From: Candidatus Multivoradales bacterium
GTDB lineage: Bacteria > Acidobacteriota > Thermoanaerobaculia > Multivoradales > JAHEKO01
Assembly: GCA_965223855.1 (NCBI GenBank)
Contig: CBDCXM010000009.1
Span: forward strand, 657,054-721,053
Direction: 5' to 3'
Length of the DNA stretch: 64,000 bases
The notes beneath the pieces were generated by a model. It was given only the letters and a program-made list of their open reading frames with translations. It did no database searches and was not told where the DNA came from. The translations under genes and the position numbers were made by a program. This document shows, one piece after another, positions 38,126 through 49,092 of this stretch (positions within the stretch are counted from its first letter, which is position 1; every line of letters begins with the position of its first letter).

Positions 38126-39337
38126 CTAGAGGGCCTCGGCGGTTGATTCTTCGTCAGCGGGTTCGGGCGGCGCCGGCGCCACGACCTGGAAGCGGCGCGG
38201 AGTGCTCCACGGCCCGAGCACTCCCTCGGAACCGATCGCCGCGACCCGCCACACGAAGGTGCCGTCGCCACCCAGTCCGAGCGTCGCCCGCGTCGTGGAG
38301 CGGTCGTCGACGTCGATGATGTTGCGCGCGAAGAGCCGGTTGCGCGCCACCTGCAGAGCATAGCGCTCCGCACCGGGGACCGGCTGCCAGCTCAGCACCA
38401 CCTGCGCCTCGTCGGTCAGCTCGACCTCCAGGTTGTCTCCCGGATCGACCGGCAAAGGCGCCGCGGGCAGCCTGCGCTTCGCTGACAGCGCGTCGCCGGT
38501 CTGCACCACCTGCTCCATATGGCGCAGATTGCGGCGCTGTCCGCCGTTGGAGGCGATATCCATCGTGCCGCTGTAGGTGGCGAAGCGACCGACCCTGCGG
38601 GTGCCGTCGTAGGCGACGAGAGCGCTCGAGTCCTCGTTGACCTCGGCCTTGGCCGCCGGGGTGGCGATCGTGCTCGCCGCCTTCGCCGTGCTGAGGTTGA
38701 CCCAGCCGTAGTCGATGGAGATCGAGCGCTGTGTGCGGGTGCCGCCGAGCCCCGTGGTGCGGCCGATGAGGATCACCGTGTCCTCACGCACCGTGTAGAC
38801 CGTGCCGTCGATCCCCATGATCTCGGCCGTGCCGCTCGATGCCGTCTTGACGTAGTCGCCGGCGTAGAGCACTCCGCGACTGAAGGCGCGCTGCCATTCA
38901 CCACGCTCGCCGCGACGGAAGTCCACACCTCCTTCGACGGCGATGAACTGCGCCTGGCCACTGCTCTCGGCACGCTCGATCCCGCGCATCACGGCGCCGA
39001 GGATCGAACGGCTGCGCTCGGCGCTCTGGAGCGCCGGCTCCCAGCGCGCCTCTCCGGCGAACTCCTCGGCCGCGCGCAGGCTCGAGCGCGCGCGGGTGTA
39101 CTCGTCGCCGTACTCGGCGAGTGCGCGGTGCTCGCGCACGCTCGCCAGCAGGCCGCGCGCTTCGTGAAGCACCCGCTGGTACTTGCCACGCTGGTAGCGG
39201 CTCTCGATCTCGTCCCACCCCTTCCAGGTGAGGAACAGTCCGACGACGATCGCGACGAGGATCAGCGCCCCGCGGACGGTGTCGACGTCGATCTGGTACC
39301 AGTCTCTCTGCCAGCGATCCCGAGAGCGAGGAGCCAC
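38126..39337 (-). CDS. Membrane-anchored protein with a FecR-like domain and a C-terminal FN3-like domain, immediately upstream of mreB
   Basis: Single N-terminal TM segment (ALILVAIVVGLFL), a FecR-like central region, and a C-terminal beta-rich repeat. Ends 4 nt before the mreB start. Confidence 0.45.
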   Translation of the reverse strand: MAPRSRDRWQRDWYQIDVDTVRGALILVAIVVGLFLTWKGWDEIESRYQRGKYQRVLHEARGLLASVREHRALAEYGDEYTRARSSLRAAEEFAGEARWEPALQSAERSRSILGAVMRGIERAESSGQAQFIAVEGGVDFRRGERGEWQRAFSRGVLYAGDYVKTASSGTAEIMGIDGTVYTVREDTVILIGRTTGLGGTRTQRSISIDYGWVNLSTAKAASTIATPAAKAEVNEDSSALVAYDGTRRVGRFATYSGTMDIASNGGQRRNLRHMEQVVQTGDALSAKRRLPAAPLPVDPGDNLEVELTDEAQVVLSWQPVPGAERYALQVARNRLFARNIIDVDDRSTTRATLGLGGDGTFVWRVAAIGSEGVLGPWSTPRRFQVVAPAPPEPADEESTAEAL

Positions 39338-39545
39338 TCTCCACCCCTTCTAGTCAAGGTGCGGCAATATAGCACAACGCCTTGATTCATCGATGTTTGC
39401 GGCGATTCGCCCGGCTCGGGCGAACCTTGCCGCCCCCAGCGGCCCCCTGCTAGAGTTCACCCCCTTTCGGGGCCGCCCGAGTGGTGGGACCGCGCCCCGC
39501 CAGATGCCCCGGTCAACAGCCGGTCCCTCGACGGAGTTTCCCGCC

Positions 39546-41483
39546 ATGCTGCAAGTTTTCCGCGACAATCTGAAGTACCTCAGCTGGGTTCTGTGGGGTG
39601 TCATCCTGGTGTTCGTCCTGTTCTCGTTCACCGACTTCGGCACTCAGCAGTTCACACCCGGCGCTCCCGCCAACACCGCCGCTACCGTCGGCGACCTCGA
39701 CGTCAGCTACCGCGAGTTCCAGGACGCCTACCAGCGGGCCGAGCGGCGCTACCGCGAAGACTTCGGCGATCAGTTCTCGACCGAGCTCGCCAACCAGCTC
39801 GGACTGCCGCTTCAGGTGCTCAACGGGCTCGTCGACCAGCGCATCCTCCAGCAGGAAGCGGACCGAATCGGCCTCGTCGTCACCGACCGGGAGCTGCAGA
39901 AGGCGATCCTCGAGATTCCGGTGTTTCAGGAGGACGGCGTGTTCGTGGGCCAGGATGCCTACCGCAACATCCTCGCCAGCAACCGGATGCGGCCCGAGGA
40001 GTTCGAGGGCATGCTGCGGCGCGATCTCGTGACCGACAAGGTGCGCGCGGCCCTGACCGGGAGCGTCTACGTCTCGCCGGAGGAGGTCGAGGAGGCCTTC
40101 CGGGAGGAGGCGGAGACCGCGACGATCCGCTTCGTGCGGCTGCCCTCGAGCCGGTTCGCCGCCGAGGTGGAGGTCGACGACAGCGCTCTCGCCGACTATT
40201 TCTCCGCCTCCGGCGACGCCTACCGGCTGCCGGAGCGCCGCGTCGTCGACTACCTGATGGTGTCGCCGACGGGCCTCGCCGACCAGGTGACGGTGAGCGA
40301 CGAAGAAGTGAGGACGTACTACGAGGACAACCTGGCGCTCTTCGAACGTGAAGAGCAGGTCCGGGCGCGGCACATCCTGGTGCGAACCGGCGCCGACCGC
40401 ACGGTGGAGCAGGCGAAGGAGCAGGCGGCAACGATCCGCGGCCGCATCGAAGCTGGGGAGGATTTCGCGGCGCTGGCGGCTGAGCTGTCCGACGACCCCG
40501 GAAGCAAGGACAAGGGAGGGGACCTCGGCTTTTTCGGCCGCGGCGCCATGGTCAAGCCGTTCGAGGACGCCGCCTTCGCCGCCGAGCTCGGCGATCTCGT
40601 CGGGCCGGTCGAGTCGACCCACGGCGTCCACCTGATCCAGGTGCAGGCGAAACGTCCCGGCGGCGCGCAGCCTCTGGACGAGGTCGAGACGGGGATCCGA
40701 GCCCGCCTCGTCGACGAGCGATCCCGCGAACTGGCCGCAAGCTCCGCTCGTGAGCTCGCCGCCGCCATCGGTTCCGAGATCGGCGACACTGCGGCGCTCG
40801 AGGCGCTGGCCGCCGATCGACCGGGCACCACCCTGGTCTCGACGCCGCCCTTCTCCCGCGACGACAACGTGCAGGGGATCGGTCGCGCGACCGATTTCTC
40901 CTCGCGCGCGTTCGAGCAGCCGATCGGCGAGCTGTCCGAGCCGATCGAGGTAGCCCGCGGTTGGGCGCTGGCGGTGGTGCGCAAGATTCAGCCGCCACGG
41001 ATGCCGGAGCTCGACGAGGTCCGCCAGCGGGTGACGACCGACTACCGGCGCGAGCGTCAGCTCGAGATCGCCCGCGAACGACTCGCCGCGGCGCTGGCAG
41101 CCGAAGGCTCCGACCTCGACTCGGTCGCCGCGACCTTCGAGGTGACGCCCGAGGAAGCCGGCCCGTTCGGCGCCGAAGGGACGGTCGGCCCGCTCGGCCG
41201 GGCGGCCGAGGTCGCCCGCAGAGCGCTCCAGCTCGAGACGGGCGACCTGAGCGAGGCGATCGTGCGTGACAACGAGGTCGTCGCCTTCGAGGTGACGGAG
41301 CGGACCCACTTCGATCCGGTGGCCTTCGAGCGCGACAAGGACACGTTGCGCACCCGGCTCGAGAACCAGCGGGCCGGTGAGGTGCTTCAGAGCTTCCTCA
41401 ACCGCCGGCGCGAGGAACTCGACGTCACCTTCGATCCGCAGGTGCTGGCCGCTTTCGGCCCCGACTCCGGCAGCGCCTCGTGA
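39546..41483 (+). CDS. Periplasmic chaperone PpiD-like (SurA N-domain plus parvulin PPIase domain), membrane-anchored
   Basis: N-terminal TM segment (YLSWVLWGVILVFVLF) and parvulin domain (…ARHILV…GGDLGFFGRGAMVKPFEDAAF…). Confidence 0.7.
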   Translation: MLQVFRDNLKYLSWVLWGVILVFVLFSFTDFGTQQFTPGAPANTAATVGDLDVSYREFQDAYQRAERRYREDFGDQFSTELANQLGLPLQVLNGLVDQRILQQEADRIGLVVTDRELQKAILEIPVFQEDGVFVGQDAYRNILASNRMRPEEFEGMLRRDLVTDKVRAALTGSVYVSPEEVEEAFREEAETATIRFVRLPSSRFAAEVEVDDSALADYFSASGDAYRLPERRVVDYLMVSPTGLADQVTVSDEEVRTYYEDNLALFEREEQVRARHILVRTGADRTVEQAKEQAATIRGRIEAGEDFAALAAELSDDPGSKDKGGDLGFFGRGAMVKPFEDAAFAAELGDLVGPVESTHGVHLIQVQAKRPGGAQPLDEVETGIRARLVDERSRELAASSARELAAAIGSEIGDTAALEALAADRPGTTLVSTPPFSRDDNVQGIGRATDFSSRAFEQPIGELSEPIEVARGWALAVVRKIQPPRMPELDEVRQRVTTDYRRERQLEIARERLAAALAAEGSDLDSVAATFEVTPEEAGPFGAEGTVGPLGRAAEVARRALQLETGDLSEAIVRDNEVVAFEVTERTHFDPVAFERDKDTLRTRLENQRAGEVLQSFLNRRREELDVTFDPQVLAAFGPDSGSAS

Positions 41484-41490
41484 TCGCGCG

Positions 41491-42750
41491 GTGAGCGGCG
41501 ACCCCCCGATCTCGAAGCCCCAGACCTCGAAGGCGGAGACGCCAGGCCCGGGGACCCGAGGAGCGGGGACCCCAGAATCGGGGTCTTCGAGCCCGGCGAC
41601 ACGCGCGGTGCATGCCGGAGAGCGGCAGCGACCGCGGCACGAGCCGGCCGCGGTACCGATCTACCAGACCGCTCCGTTCGCCTTCGACTCCTCCGCGGCG
41701 CTCGACGCCGGGTTTCACCAGCCGGACCAGCAGGCGCTCTACACCCGCTACGGCAACCCGAGCCTGCGCGTCGTCGAGGAGAAGCTGGCGGCACTCGAAG
41801 GGGCCGAAGACGCGATCGCCTTCGCCTCCGGCATGGCGGCGATCACCGCGACGCTGTCGACCGTTCTGCACTCGGGTGACCGCCTGCTGGCCGCCGCCGA
41901 CCTCTATGGCGGCACCTCCGGCTGGCTCGAGTGGCTGGTCGAGCGCCATCCCGACGTCGGCATCGACCGGGTGCCGCTCGATGAGCTCGTCGAGCGCCTC
42001 GAGGCCGGTCCGGCTGCCGGAACGAAACTCGTCTACCTCGAGACCCCGACCAACCCGCTGCTTCGCACCTGCGATCTGAAGCAGGTGGGCGAACTGTGCC
42101 GTCGCCACGCTCTGCCGTGGATGATCGACAACACGTTCGCCACGCCGATCCTGCAGCGACCGATCGAACACGGCGCGTCCTACGTCGTCCACAGCGCCAC
42201 CAAGTACCTCGCCGGCCACAGCGATCTGGTCGCCGGTCTCGTCGCGGGCAGCCACGACGACCTCGAGCCGGTGCGGCGGACGCTGCGACTGTCGGGCGGC
42301 TGTCTCGACCCGCACGCGGCGTTCCTGCTCGCCCGGGGCATGCGCACCCTGGCGCTCAGAGTCGAGCGCCAGTCTTCGACCGCCGCGCACCTGGCAGCGA
42401 CGCTCGCCGCGCACCCCGGGGTCGACGCGGTCTACTACCCCGGAGACGACCCTGTCGCCCGGCACCAGATGAGCGCCGGCGGCGCCATGCTGTCGTTCGA
42501 GGTCGCCGGCGGGCTCGAAACGGCCTCCAAACTGCTCGACGCCCTCCGGCTCTTTCGCCTGATGGCGAGCCTCGGCGGCGTCGAATCGAGCGCCGTGCTG
42601 CCGGCGGTCACCTCCCACAAGGGGCTGACCGCCGAGGCGCGCGCGGCGCTCGGCATCCGCGACGGCCTGGTTCGACTGTCGGTCGGCATCGAGTCGCCGG
42701 AAGATCTCGAAGCCGATCTCCTCCAGGCTCTCGAACGGAGCGCCGCGTGA
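41491..42750 (+). CDS. Trans-sulfuration PLP enzyme of the MetB/MetC/MetZ family (Cys/Met metabolism)
   Basis: Contains …PIYQTAPF…, …YTRYGNPS… and the lysine site HSATKYLAGHSD. GTG start, with a long Pro/Gly/Ser-rich N-terminus. Confidence 0.8.
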   Translation: MSGDPPISKPQTSKAETPGPGTRGAGTPESGSSSPATRAVHAGERQRPRHEPAAVPIYQTAPFAFDSSAALDAGFHQPDQQALYTRYGNPSLRVVEEKLAALEGAEDAIAFASGMAAITATLSTVLHSGDRLLAAADLYGGTSGWLEWLVERHPDVGIDRVPLDELVERLEAGPAAGTKLVYLETPTNPLLRTCDLKQVGELCRRHALPWMIDNTFATPILQRPIEHGASYVVHSATKYLAGHSDLVAGLVAGSHDDLEPVRRTLRLSGGCLDPHAAFLLARGMRTLALRVERQSSTAAHLAATLAAHPGVDAVYYPGDDPVARHQMSAGGAMLSFEVAGGLETASKLLDALRLFRLMASLGGVESSAVLPAVTSHKGLTAEARAALGIRDGLVRLSVGIESPEDLEADLLQALERSAA

Positions 42751-43340
42751 TCGGCTTCCTCCGAGGGCGGCTCCACAGCTCGTCGCCCGACGGCCTGATC
42801 CTCGACGTCGGGGGCGTCGGCTACCGGGTGCAGGTGCCGATGTCGACCTACTACGAGATCGAGCGAGCGGGCAGCGAAGAGGTGGCCCTCCACATCCACA
42901 CCCACGTGCGCGAGGACGCGATCGAGCTCTACGGCTTCTGGACCGAGCGCGAACAGCAGCTCTTCGAGAAGGCGATCTCGGTCTCTGGCATCGGCCCCAA
43001 GCTGGCGCGGGTGATCCTCTCCGGGATGGCGCCGGCGGACCTGGTGGCGGCGATCTCCGCCGGCGACATCGCCCGCCTCTCGACCATCCCCGGCATCGGC
43101 AAGAAGACCGCCGAGCGGATGGTGCTCGAACTCAAGGACAAGGTGAAGGCCCTCGCCGCCGAGCTCCCGGAGCCGGTCGCCGAAGCCGGCGGTGACGACG
43201 ACCTCGTCGGAGCCCTCGTCCACCTCGGCTACAAGGAGAACCAGGCCCGTCGCGCCGCCGTCGAGACCCGCGAGGCGCACTCCGACGCGGCCTTCCATGA
43301 CCTGCTGCGGTTGACCCTCAAGAGGCTGTCGAAGGTCTGA
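42747..43340 (+). CDS. ruvA: Holliday-junction DNA helicase subunit RuvA
   Basis: VIGFLRGRL start (GTGA overlap with the upstream stop). HhH motifs …ISVSGIGPKLA… and …IPGIGKKTAERM…. Confidence 0.85.
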   Translation: MIGFLRGRLHSSSPDGLILDVGGVGYRVQVPMSTYYEIERAGSEEVALHIHTHVREDAIELYGFWTEREQQLFEKAISVSGIGPKLARVILSGMAPADLVAAISAGDIARLSTIPGIGKKTAERMVLELKDKVKALAAELPEPVAEAGGDDDLVGALVHLGYKENQARRAAVETREAHSDAAFHDLLRLTLKRLSKV

Positions 43341-43388
43341 GACCGCCGCGGCGGCCTCGTCGTCAACCGCCGGTCGGACACCCGGTCG

Positions 43389-44801
43389 ATGAGAGTCCCC
43401 GCACACCTGCTGGCCGCGATCGTCGCGCTGACGTCCGCCTGCGCTCCACCCGAGGAGCCGGGACCGTCCGGACAGCGCGGGCAGCCCGGGCGGCCCGAGC
43501 CGCCCGGCGACATCGTCCTCATCGGCGTCGACACACTGCGCTTCGACCATGTGAGCGCCAACGACCCGGCGAGCCCCGCCACCACGCCGGCGATCGACTC
43601 GCTGGCGCGCGACGGCGTGCGCTTCGAGCGGGCGTGGAGCCCGATCTCCGTGACCGGGCCGGCGTTCGCCAGCCTGCTGACGGGAAGGACCATCGCCGAA
43701 CACGGCGTGGCCACGAACCTCTTCCGCGGCGGCGCCCCACTCGCGGACGAGCAGCTGACCCTCGCGGAAGTGCTGTCGGACGTCGGATATCGCACCGGCG
43801 CCTTCGTCTCCGGCTTCACGCTGCGCAGGGAGGTCGGCCTCGACCAGGGCTTCGCGGTCTACGAGTCGCCCGAGTCGGTCGAGCGCTGGTGGGGAGAGCA
43901 CACGCTGGGACTCACCCTTCGGTGGCTCGACCGCAACCCCACGCCGGTCTTCCTCTGGTTCCACTCCTTCGACCCCCACGGCCCGCTCGACCGCTGGCCG
44001 GGCCCGGAGGCGCCGGCTGCGGGCTGGACCGTTCGTGAGGACTCTCCGATCTCCCCCCACCAGCAGATCGACGGCATCGCCGACCCGAGCTTCTACCGCT
44101 TCAAGTACGCCCGCGCCGTCGAGGGTGCCGATGCGAACCTCGGCACCCTGCTCGCCTACCTGAAGCGCACCGGGCGCTACGACAGCGCGCTGATCGCACT
44201 GGTGGCGGATCACGGAGAGGGGCTCGACGAGAGGGAGATCTGGTTCGAACACGGTTCGAACGCCTACGCCGAGCAGCTCCATGTCCCGCTGATCGTCAAG
44301 CTGCCGCACAACCGCGAGGCCGGCAGCACGAGACGGGTCGACGTTTCGACCGTCGGTCTGGCGCGGACGCTGCTCGAAGAATCGGGAATCACACCGCCCG
44401 ACTCGTTCGGCAACCGCAACCTGCTCCGGACCGCCGGGTCGATCCAGCTGGGGGAGTCGAGCCACTGCAAGCCGTCGCTGGCGATCGACTGCTTCCCTGG
44501 AGGCGCGGCCGGCAAGATCTTCGTCGTGCGAGATGCCGACACGACCCTGCTGAGAAAGTCCCTGCGCTCCGGATCCCGGCTCGAGATCTACGATCGACGC
44601 AACGACCCCCGCGAGCTCTCGGCGACGAGAGTCCTCGAGGGCCCGGCCGATGGCGTTGCGCAAGTCGACGGATCGGTCCTCGAGAACGTGCTTCGCGGTG
44701 TCGTTCGCGAGCGGCTGGCCGAACAGGGGGATCAGCCTCCGGCAGCCGAGACCGACGAGGCGACCCTCGAGCTCCTCCGATCCCTCGGTTACGTGAACTA
44801 G
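43389..44801 (+). CDS. Sulfatase-like hydrolase/transferase lipoprotein (alkaline-phosphatase superfamily), inserted between ruvA and ruvB
   Basis: Lipobox [10 protein letters not shown]-terminal GVDTLRFDH metal-site region. No classical C/S-x-P-x-R motif was seen. Confidence 0.65.
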   Translation: MRVPAHLLAAIVALTSACAPPEEPGPSGQRGQPGRPEPPGDIVLIGVDTLRFDHVSANDPASPATTPAIDSLARDGVRFERAWSPISVTGPAFASLLTGRTIAEHGVATNLFRGGAPLADEQLTLAEVLSDVGYRTGAFVSGFTLRREVGLDQGFAVYESPESVERWWGEHTLGLTLRWLDRNPTPVFLWFHSFDPHGPLDRWPGPEAPAAGWTVREDSPISPHQQIDGIADPSFYRFKYARAVEGADANLGTLLAYLKRTGRYDSALIALVADHGEGLDEREIWFEHGSNAYAEQLHVPLIVKLPHNREAGSTRRVDVSTVGLARTLLEESGITPPDSFGNRNLLRTAGSIQLGESSHCKPSLAIDCFPGGAAGKIFVVRDADTTLLRKSLRSGSRLEIYDRRNDPRELSATRVLEGPADGVAQVDGSVLENVLRGVVRERLAEQGDQPPAAETDEATLELLRSLGYVN

Positions 44802-44862
44802 GTCCCCGGGCACCCCCACACCGCGGGATCCCTGTCGCCGCGACGGCCGCTACAATGCCGCG

Positions 44863-45888
44863 GTGACGATCGAACGCCAGCTGCTCTCGGGGGCGGCGCA
44901 CGACGAGGAGCTCGGATTCGAGGCTTCGCTGCGACCGAAGACGCTCGACGAGTACATCGGCCAGGACAAGGTCGTCGAGAAAATGCGGCTTTTCATCCAG
45001 GCCGCTCGCGAGCGCGGCGAAGCGCTCGACCATGTCCTGCTGTTCGGCCCTCCCGGGCTCGGCAAGACGACGCTCGCCCACATCATCGCCAACGAGATGG
45101 AGGCGCCGTTGGGAGCCACTTCGGGGCCGGTGCTCGAGCGGCCGGGAGATCTGGCGGCGATTCTCACCAACATGGAGCCCGCGCAGGTTCAGTTCATCGA
45201 CGAGATCCATCGTCTCGGCCCCACCGTCGAGGAGATCCTCTACCCGGCGCTCGAGGACTTCCATCTCGACATCGTGCTCGGCCAGGGACCGGCGGCGAGG
45301 ACGATGAAGATCGACCTGCCTCGCTTCACCCTCGTCGGAGCGACGACCCGAGCTGGCCTGATCACGGCCCCTCTCAGGGCGCGCTTCGGCATCGTCCACC
45401 GGCTCGACTTCTACCAGCCCGAGGCTCTGGCACAGATCGTCCATCGCTCCGCCAGGCTCCTCGGCGTCGCCGTCGACGAGGCGGGGGCGCTCGAGATCGC
45501 CCGTCGCAGCCGCGGCACGCCGCGCGTCGCCAACCGGTTGTTGCGGCGGGTGCGCGACTACGCCCAGGTGCACACCGACGACCGGATCGACCACGATTCC
45601 GCCCGCAAGGCGCTCGAGCTGCTCGAAGTCGACGAGTACGGCTTCGACGAGGTCGATCGCAAGATTCTCGGCACACTGATCGAGCACTACCAGGGTGGGC
45701 CCGCCGGCATCCAGGCGCTGGCGGCGGCGGTCGGCGAGGATCGCGGCACGCTCGAGGACCTCTACGAGCCCTACCTGATCCAGGAAGGCTTCCTGCAGCG
45801 CACCCCGCGCGGCCGGGTGGCGACTCATCGCGCCTACGAGCACCTCGGCGTGCAGCCGCCTCCGGGCACCTCCGGTCGCCTCTTCTAG
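44863..45888 (+). CDS. ruvB: Holliday-junction DNA helicase RuvB
   Basis: Walker [18 protein letters not shown], and the sensor regions. Confidence 0.95.
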   Translation: MTIERQLLSGAAHDEELGFEASLRPKTLDEYIGQDKVVEKMRLFIQAARERGEALDHVLLFGPPGLGKTTLAHIIANEMEAPLGATSGPVLERPGDLAAILTNMEPAQVQFIDEIHRLGPTVEEILYPALEDFHLDIVLGQGPAARTMKIDLPRFTLVGATTRAGLITAPLRARFGIVHRLDFYQPEALAQIVHRSARLLGVAVDEAGALEIARRSRGTPRVANRLLRRVRDYAQVHTDDRIDHDSARKALELLEVDEYGFDEVDRKILGTLIEHYQGGPAGIQALAAAVGEDRGTLEDLYEPYLIQEGFLQRTPRGRVATHRAYEHLGVQPPPGTSGRLF

Positions 45889-45897
45889 CCCGTCCCC

Positions 45898-46788
45898 GTG
45901 GAACCGGCCGTCCTGATTCACAATCCGCGCGCCGGCCGTATCGGTCGCCGCCGTCTGGTGGAGCGCCTCGTCGAAGTGCTCGAGGTCGACGGCCCGACGG
46001 TCGAGCCGGTCGCCACCCGCGGCCCCGGTGACGCCACCCGCCTCGCTCGCGAGGCCGCCGCGCGGGGGGCACCGATGGTGGTCTCGCTGGGGGGCGACGG
46101 CACCCTGCGAGAAGCGGCAGCAGGCCTCCTGGGGAGCGACTGCGCGCTGGCGCCGTTGCCCGGAGGCACCACCAACGTCGTCACCACCGCCCTCGGCCTG
46201 CCGGCCGACCCGCTGGCCGCAGCGGCCATGCTCAAGACGCTGCCGCTGCTGGAGCTCGACGTCGGGCTGTGCGGCGAGGAGGTCTTCCTCATGCAGGCGT
46301 CGATGGGGATCGACGCCCTCGCGCTCGATGGCGTCTCGGCGCCGCTCAAGCGTGTCCTCGGCAAGGTGGCGGTCGGACTCGCCGGGCTCGCCGCGTGGTG
46401 GCGCCACGACTATGCGGAGTTCGAGCTGCTCGTCGACGGCCATCCGGTGCATGCCACTTTCGCGGCGGTGTGCAACCTCCCCTACTACGCCGGGCGCCTC
46501 GCCCTGGTGCCCGAGGCACGCACCGACGACGGTCGTCTCGATGTCCTGCTCTTCCGCGGCCGCGGCCGTCGCGCCACCCTCTCCTTCGCCCGCGACCTCG
46601 TCGCCGGCCGCCACCTCGAGCGCGACGACGTCTCCGTGCTGCCGGCCGAAGAGGTGGTGCTGACCGACATCGACACACCGCTCCAGATCGACGGCGATCC
46701 GCGACCGTGGCGGCTCGGGCTCGAGATCCGTCTGGCACCGGAGCGCCTCCGGATCCTCGGACGGTCGACTATCATCACCGGACGATGA
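45898..46788 (+). CDS. Diacylglycerol-kinase-family lipid kinase (YegS/DagK-like)
   Basis: Has a GGDGT motif (SLGGDGTLRE) and the DAGK catalytic-domain pattern. GTG start. Confidence 0.75.
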   Translation: MEPAVLIHNPRAGRIGRRRLVERLVEVLEVDGPTVEPVATRGPGDATRLAREAAARGAPMVVSLGGDGTLREAAAGLLGSDCALAPLPGGTTNVVTTALGLPADPLAAAAMLKTLPLLELDVGLCGEEVFLMQASMGIDALALDGVSAPLKRVLGKVAVGLAGLAAWWRHDYAEFELLVDGHPVHATFAAVCNLPYYAGRLALVPEARTDDGRLDVLLFRGRGRRATLSFARDLVAGRHLERDDVSVLPAEEVVLTDIDTPLQIDGDPRPWRLGLEIRLAPERLRILGRSTIITGR

Positions 46789-47036
46789 ACACGCCGCAGC
46801 GCACCCTCATCGAGTCGTTCCTCGGCAAGCTCCGCTTCCCGCAGCTGTTCCTGCTGGCCGGTGCCCTTTTCGTGGTCGACCTGATCTTCCCCGACATGAT
46901 CCCGCTGATCGACGAGATCCTGCTCGCGATCGGCACCCTGATCCTCGGAACCTGGAAGAAGAAGGTCGACCCGATGGAGGTCGAAAAGCCGCCGATGAAA
47001 GACGTCACCCCGGGCGAGGACGGCAACCTCAACTGA
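46785..47036 (+). CDS. Small (83 aa) two-TM membrane protein
   Basis: Its ATG overlaps the upstream stop (ATGA). Hydrophobic segments LFLLAGALFVVDLIF and ILLAIGTLILG. Confidence 0.45.
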   Translation: MNTPQRTLIESFLGKLRFPQLFLLAGALFVVDLIFPDMIPLIDEILLAIGTLILGTWKKKVDPMEVEKPPMKDVTPGEDGNLN

Positions 47037-47041
47037 GCCCT

Positions 47042-47069
47042 CCGCGGAAACCACGGCCGTTTCCGCGCG
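47042..47069 (+). terminator. Stem-loop (9-bp stem cgcggaaac/gtttccgcg) right after the small membrane-protein stop; weak, no U-tract
   Basis: Inverted repeat read from the sequence. Confidence 0.3.
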
Positions 47070-47148
47070 TAGAAGTCAACAAGACCGAATCCAGGACCCG
47101 GTGCGGCTCGATGCCGGCACCGCGGTCACCCCTGACAGGAGATCCACC

Positions 47149-48987
47149 ATGCGAAAAACCACCCTTCTGGCCGCGCTCGCCTTCGCGCTCGTCGCGATGC
47201 CGGGCGCCGCCGACGACCTCGACTCCCAACGCCAGTCGCTCTTCGATCGCGGGACGCGCCTGGAGCAGAACGCCGACAACCTCTCCGAGAGCGAGCGGCT
47301 GCAGGAGTTCCTCGACCTCTACTTCGAGTACGCGATGCTCGAGTTCCCCGAGTTCGCCACCTTCATCGGCGTGCCGGGCGATCACGGGCGCTGGACCGAC
47401 AACTCACTCGCCGCCGAGGAGCGGCGCGAGCAGGAAGAGATCCGCGCCTACGAGATCCTCAAGTCGATCGACCGTGAGCAACTCGAAGGCGAAGACCGGC
47501 TCAACTACGACCTGCTCCACCACGACATGGGCGAGTCGATCGCCGGCCAGAAGTTCATGAACGAGTTCCTGGTGCTCAACCAGATGAACGGCGTCCACCA
47601 GAACATCTCGCAGATGACCGCCATGATGCCCGGGCGCTCGGTCGGCGACTTCGAGAACATCCTCTCGCGCCTCGACGGTGTCGAGACGCTCGTGACCAAC
47701 GCCATGGAACGGCTCCGCATGGGGCTCGAGAAGGGGGTCACGCCGCCCAAGGTCACCCTGCGCGACGTACCCGGTCAGATCGAAGCGCTCCTGACGGAAG
47801 ACCCGAAGCAGAGCGCCCTGCTCGCCTCGTTCCAGCGGATGCCCGAATCGATCGACGAGAGTGAGCGGGAACGGTTGATGGCGGAGGCCGTCGGCATCTA
47901 CGAGCGCGAGCTCCGGCCGTCGTTTCAGGCACTCCACACCTTCCTCGTCGACGAGTACATCCCCGGCGCACGTGAGTCGATCGCCACCCGCGACCTTCCC
48001 GACGGCGCCGAGTGGTACGCCTTCAACGCCCGCCAGTCGACCACCACCACCATGACGCCGCAGGAGATCCACGACATCGGCCTTTCCGAGGTCAAGCGGA
48101 TCCGCGGCGAGATGGACCGGGTGATCGAGGAGTCGGGCTTCGAGGGCTCGTTCACCGAGTTCACCGACTTCCTGCGCACCGACCCGCAGTTCTACTTCGA
48201 GACCGCCGACGAGCTGCTGATGGCCTACCGCGACATCGCCAAGCGGGCCGACGCCAAGATGGTGAGCCTCTTCGGCACCCTGCCGCGCCTGCCCTACGGC
48301 ATCGAGCCGGTGCCCGACTTCATGGCACCGTCGCAGACCACCGCGTACTACCAGCCCGGCTCCCTCGAAGCGGGTCGCCCCGGCACCTACTTCGCCAACA
48401 CCTACGCGCTCGACACGCGGCCGAAGTGGGAGATGGAGGCGCTCACCCTCCACGAGGCCGTCCCCGGCCACCACTTCCAGATCGCCCTCCAGCAGGAGAT
48501 CGAGGACCTCGCCTGGTTCCGCCGCTTCGGCGGCTACGGCGCCTACATCGAGGGCTGGGGCCTCTACTCCGAGAGCCTCGGCGAGGAGATCGGCTTCTAC
48601 GAGGACCCGTACTCCAAGTTCGGCCAGCTCACCTACGAGATCTGGCGCGCCATCCGCCTCGTCGTCGATACCGGCATGCACTACCTCGGCTGGAGCCGTC
48701 AGGAGGCGATCGACTACTTCATCGCCAACACCGGCAAGCAGGAGCACGACATCATCGTCGAAGTCGATCGCTACATCGTCTGGCCCGGCCAGGCGCTCTC
48801 GTACAAGATCGGCGAGCTCAAGATCAAAGAGCTCCGCAAGTGGGCCGAGACCGAGCTCGGCGACTCCTTCGACATCCGCGCCTTCCACGACGTCGTCCTC
48901 GGCAACGGCGCCCTCCCCCTCGACGTCCTCGAGATCCAGGTCAAGGAGTGGGTCGGCGGCGTCAAAGACGCCATGGCCTCCACCTGA
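47149..48987 (+). CDS. DUF885-family secreted protein (HExxH-type metallopeptidase-like fold)
   Basis: Signal peptide followed by …HEAVPGHHFQ…, characteristic of DUF885. Confidence 0.7.
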   Translation: MRKTTLLAALAFALVAMPGAADDLDSQRQSLFDRGTRLEQNADNLSESERLQEFLDLYFEYAMLEFPEFATFIGVPGDHGRWTDNSLAAEERREQEEIRAYEILKSIDREQLEGEDRLNYDLLHHDMGESIAGQKFMNEFLVLNQMNGVHQNISQMTAMMPGRSVGDFENILSRLDGVETLVTNAMERLRMGLEKGVTPPKVTLRDVPGQIEALLTEDPKQSALLASFQRMPESIDESERERLMAEAVGIYERELRPSFQALHTFLVDEYIPGARESIATRDLPDGAEWYAFNARQSTTTTMTPQEIHDIGLSEVKRIRGEMDRVIEESGFEGSFTEFTDFLRTDPQFYFETADELLMAYRDIAKRADAKMVSLFGTLPRLPYGIEPVPDFMAPSQTTAYYQPGSLEAGRPGTYFANTYALDTRPKWEMEALTLHEAVPGHHFQIALQQEIEDLAWFRRFGGYGAYIEGWGLYSESLGEEIGFYEDPYSKFGQLTYEIWRAIRLVVDTGMHYLGWSRQEAIDYFIANTGKQEHDIIVEVDRYIVWPGQALSYKIGELKIKELRKWAETELGDSFDIRAFHDVVLGNGALPLDVLEIQVKEWVGGVKDAMAST

Positions 48988-49009
48988 GCCCAGCTTCAAG
49001 AAGTCCTTT

Positions 49010-49044
49010 CCCGGCCGGCCCGCAAGGGCCGGCCGTTCTCTTTT
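49010..49044 (+). terminator. Rho-independent terminator (GC stem cccggccggccc-gcaa-gggccggccg followed by ttctcttttcc)
   Basis: Hairpin plus T-rich tail 20 nt after the DUF885 stop. Confidence 0.55.
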
Positions 49045-49092
49045 CCCCTCCTTCCACCCGGGGTGGAGGCGTGCAACAACGCTAGGTCCGCG

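Noticed and set aside
42435-44819. 794-aa minus-strand ORF
   Set aside because: Antisense to ruvA and the sulfatase-like gene, both of which have clear family motifs. Shadow ORF.
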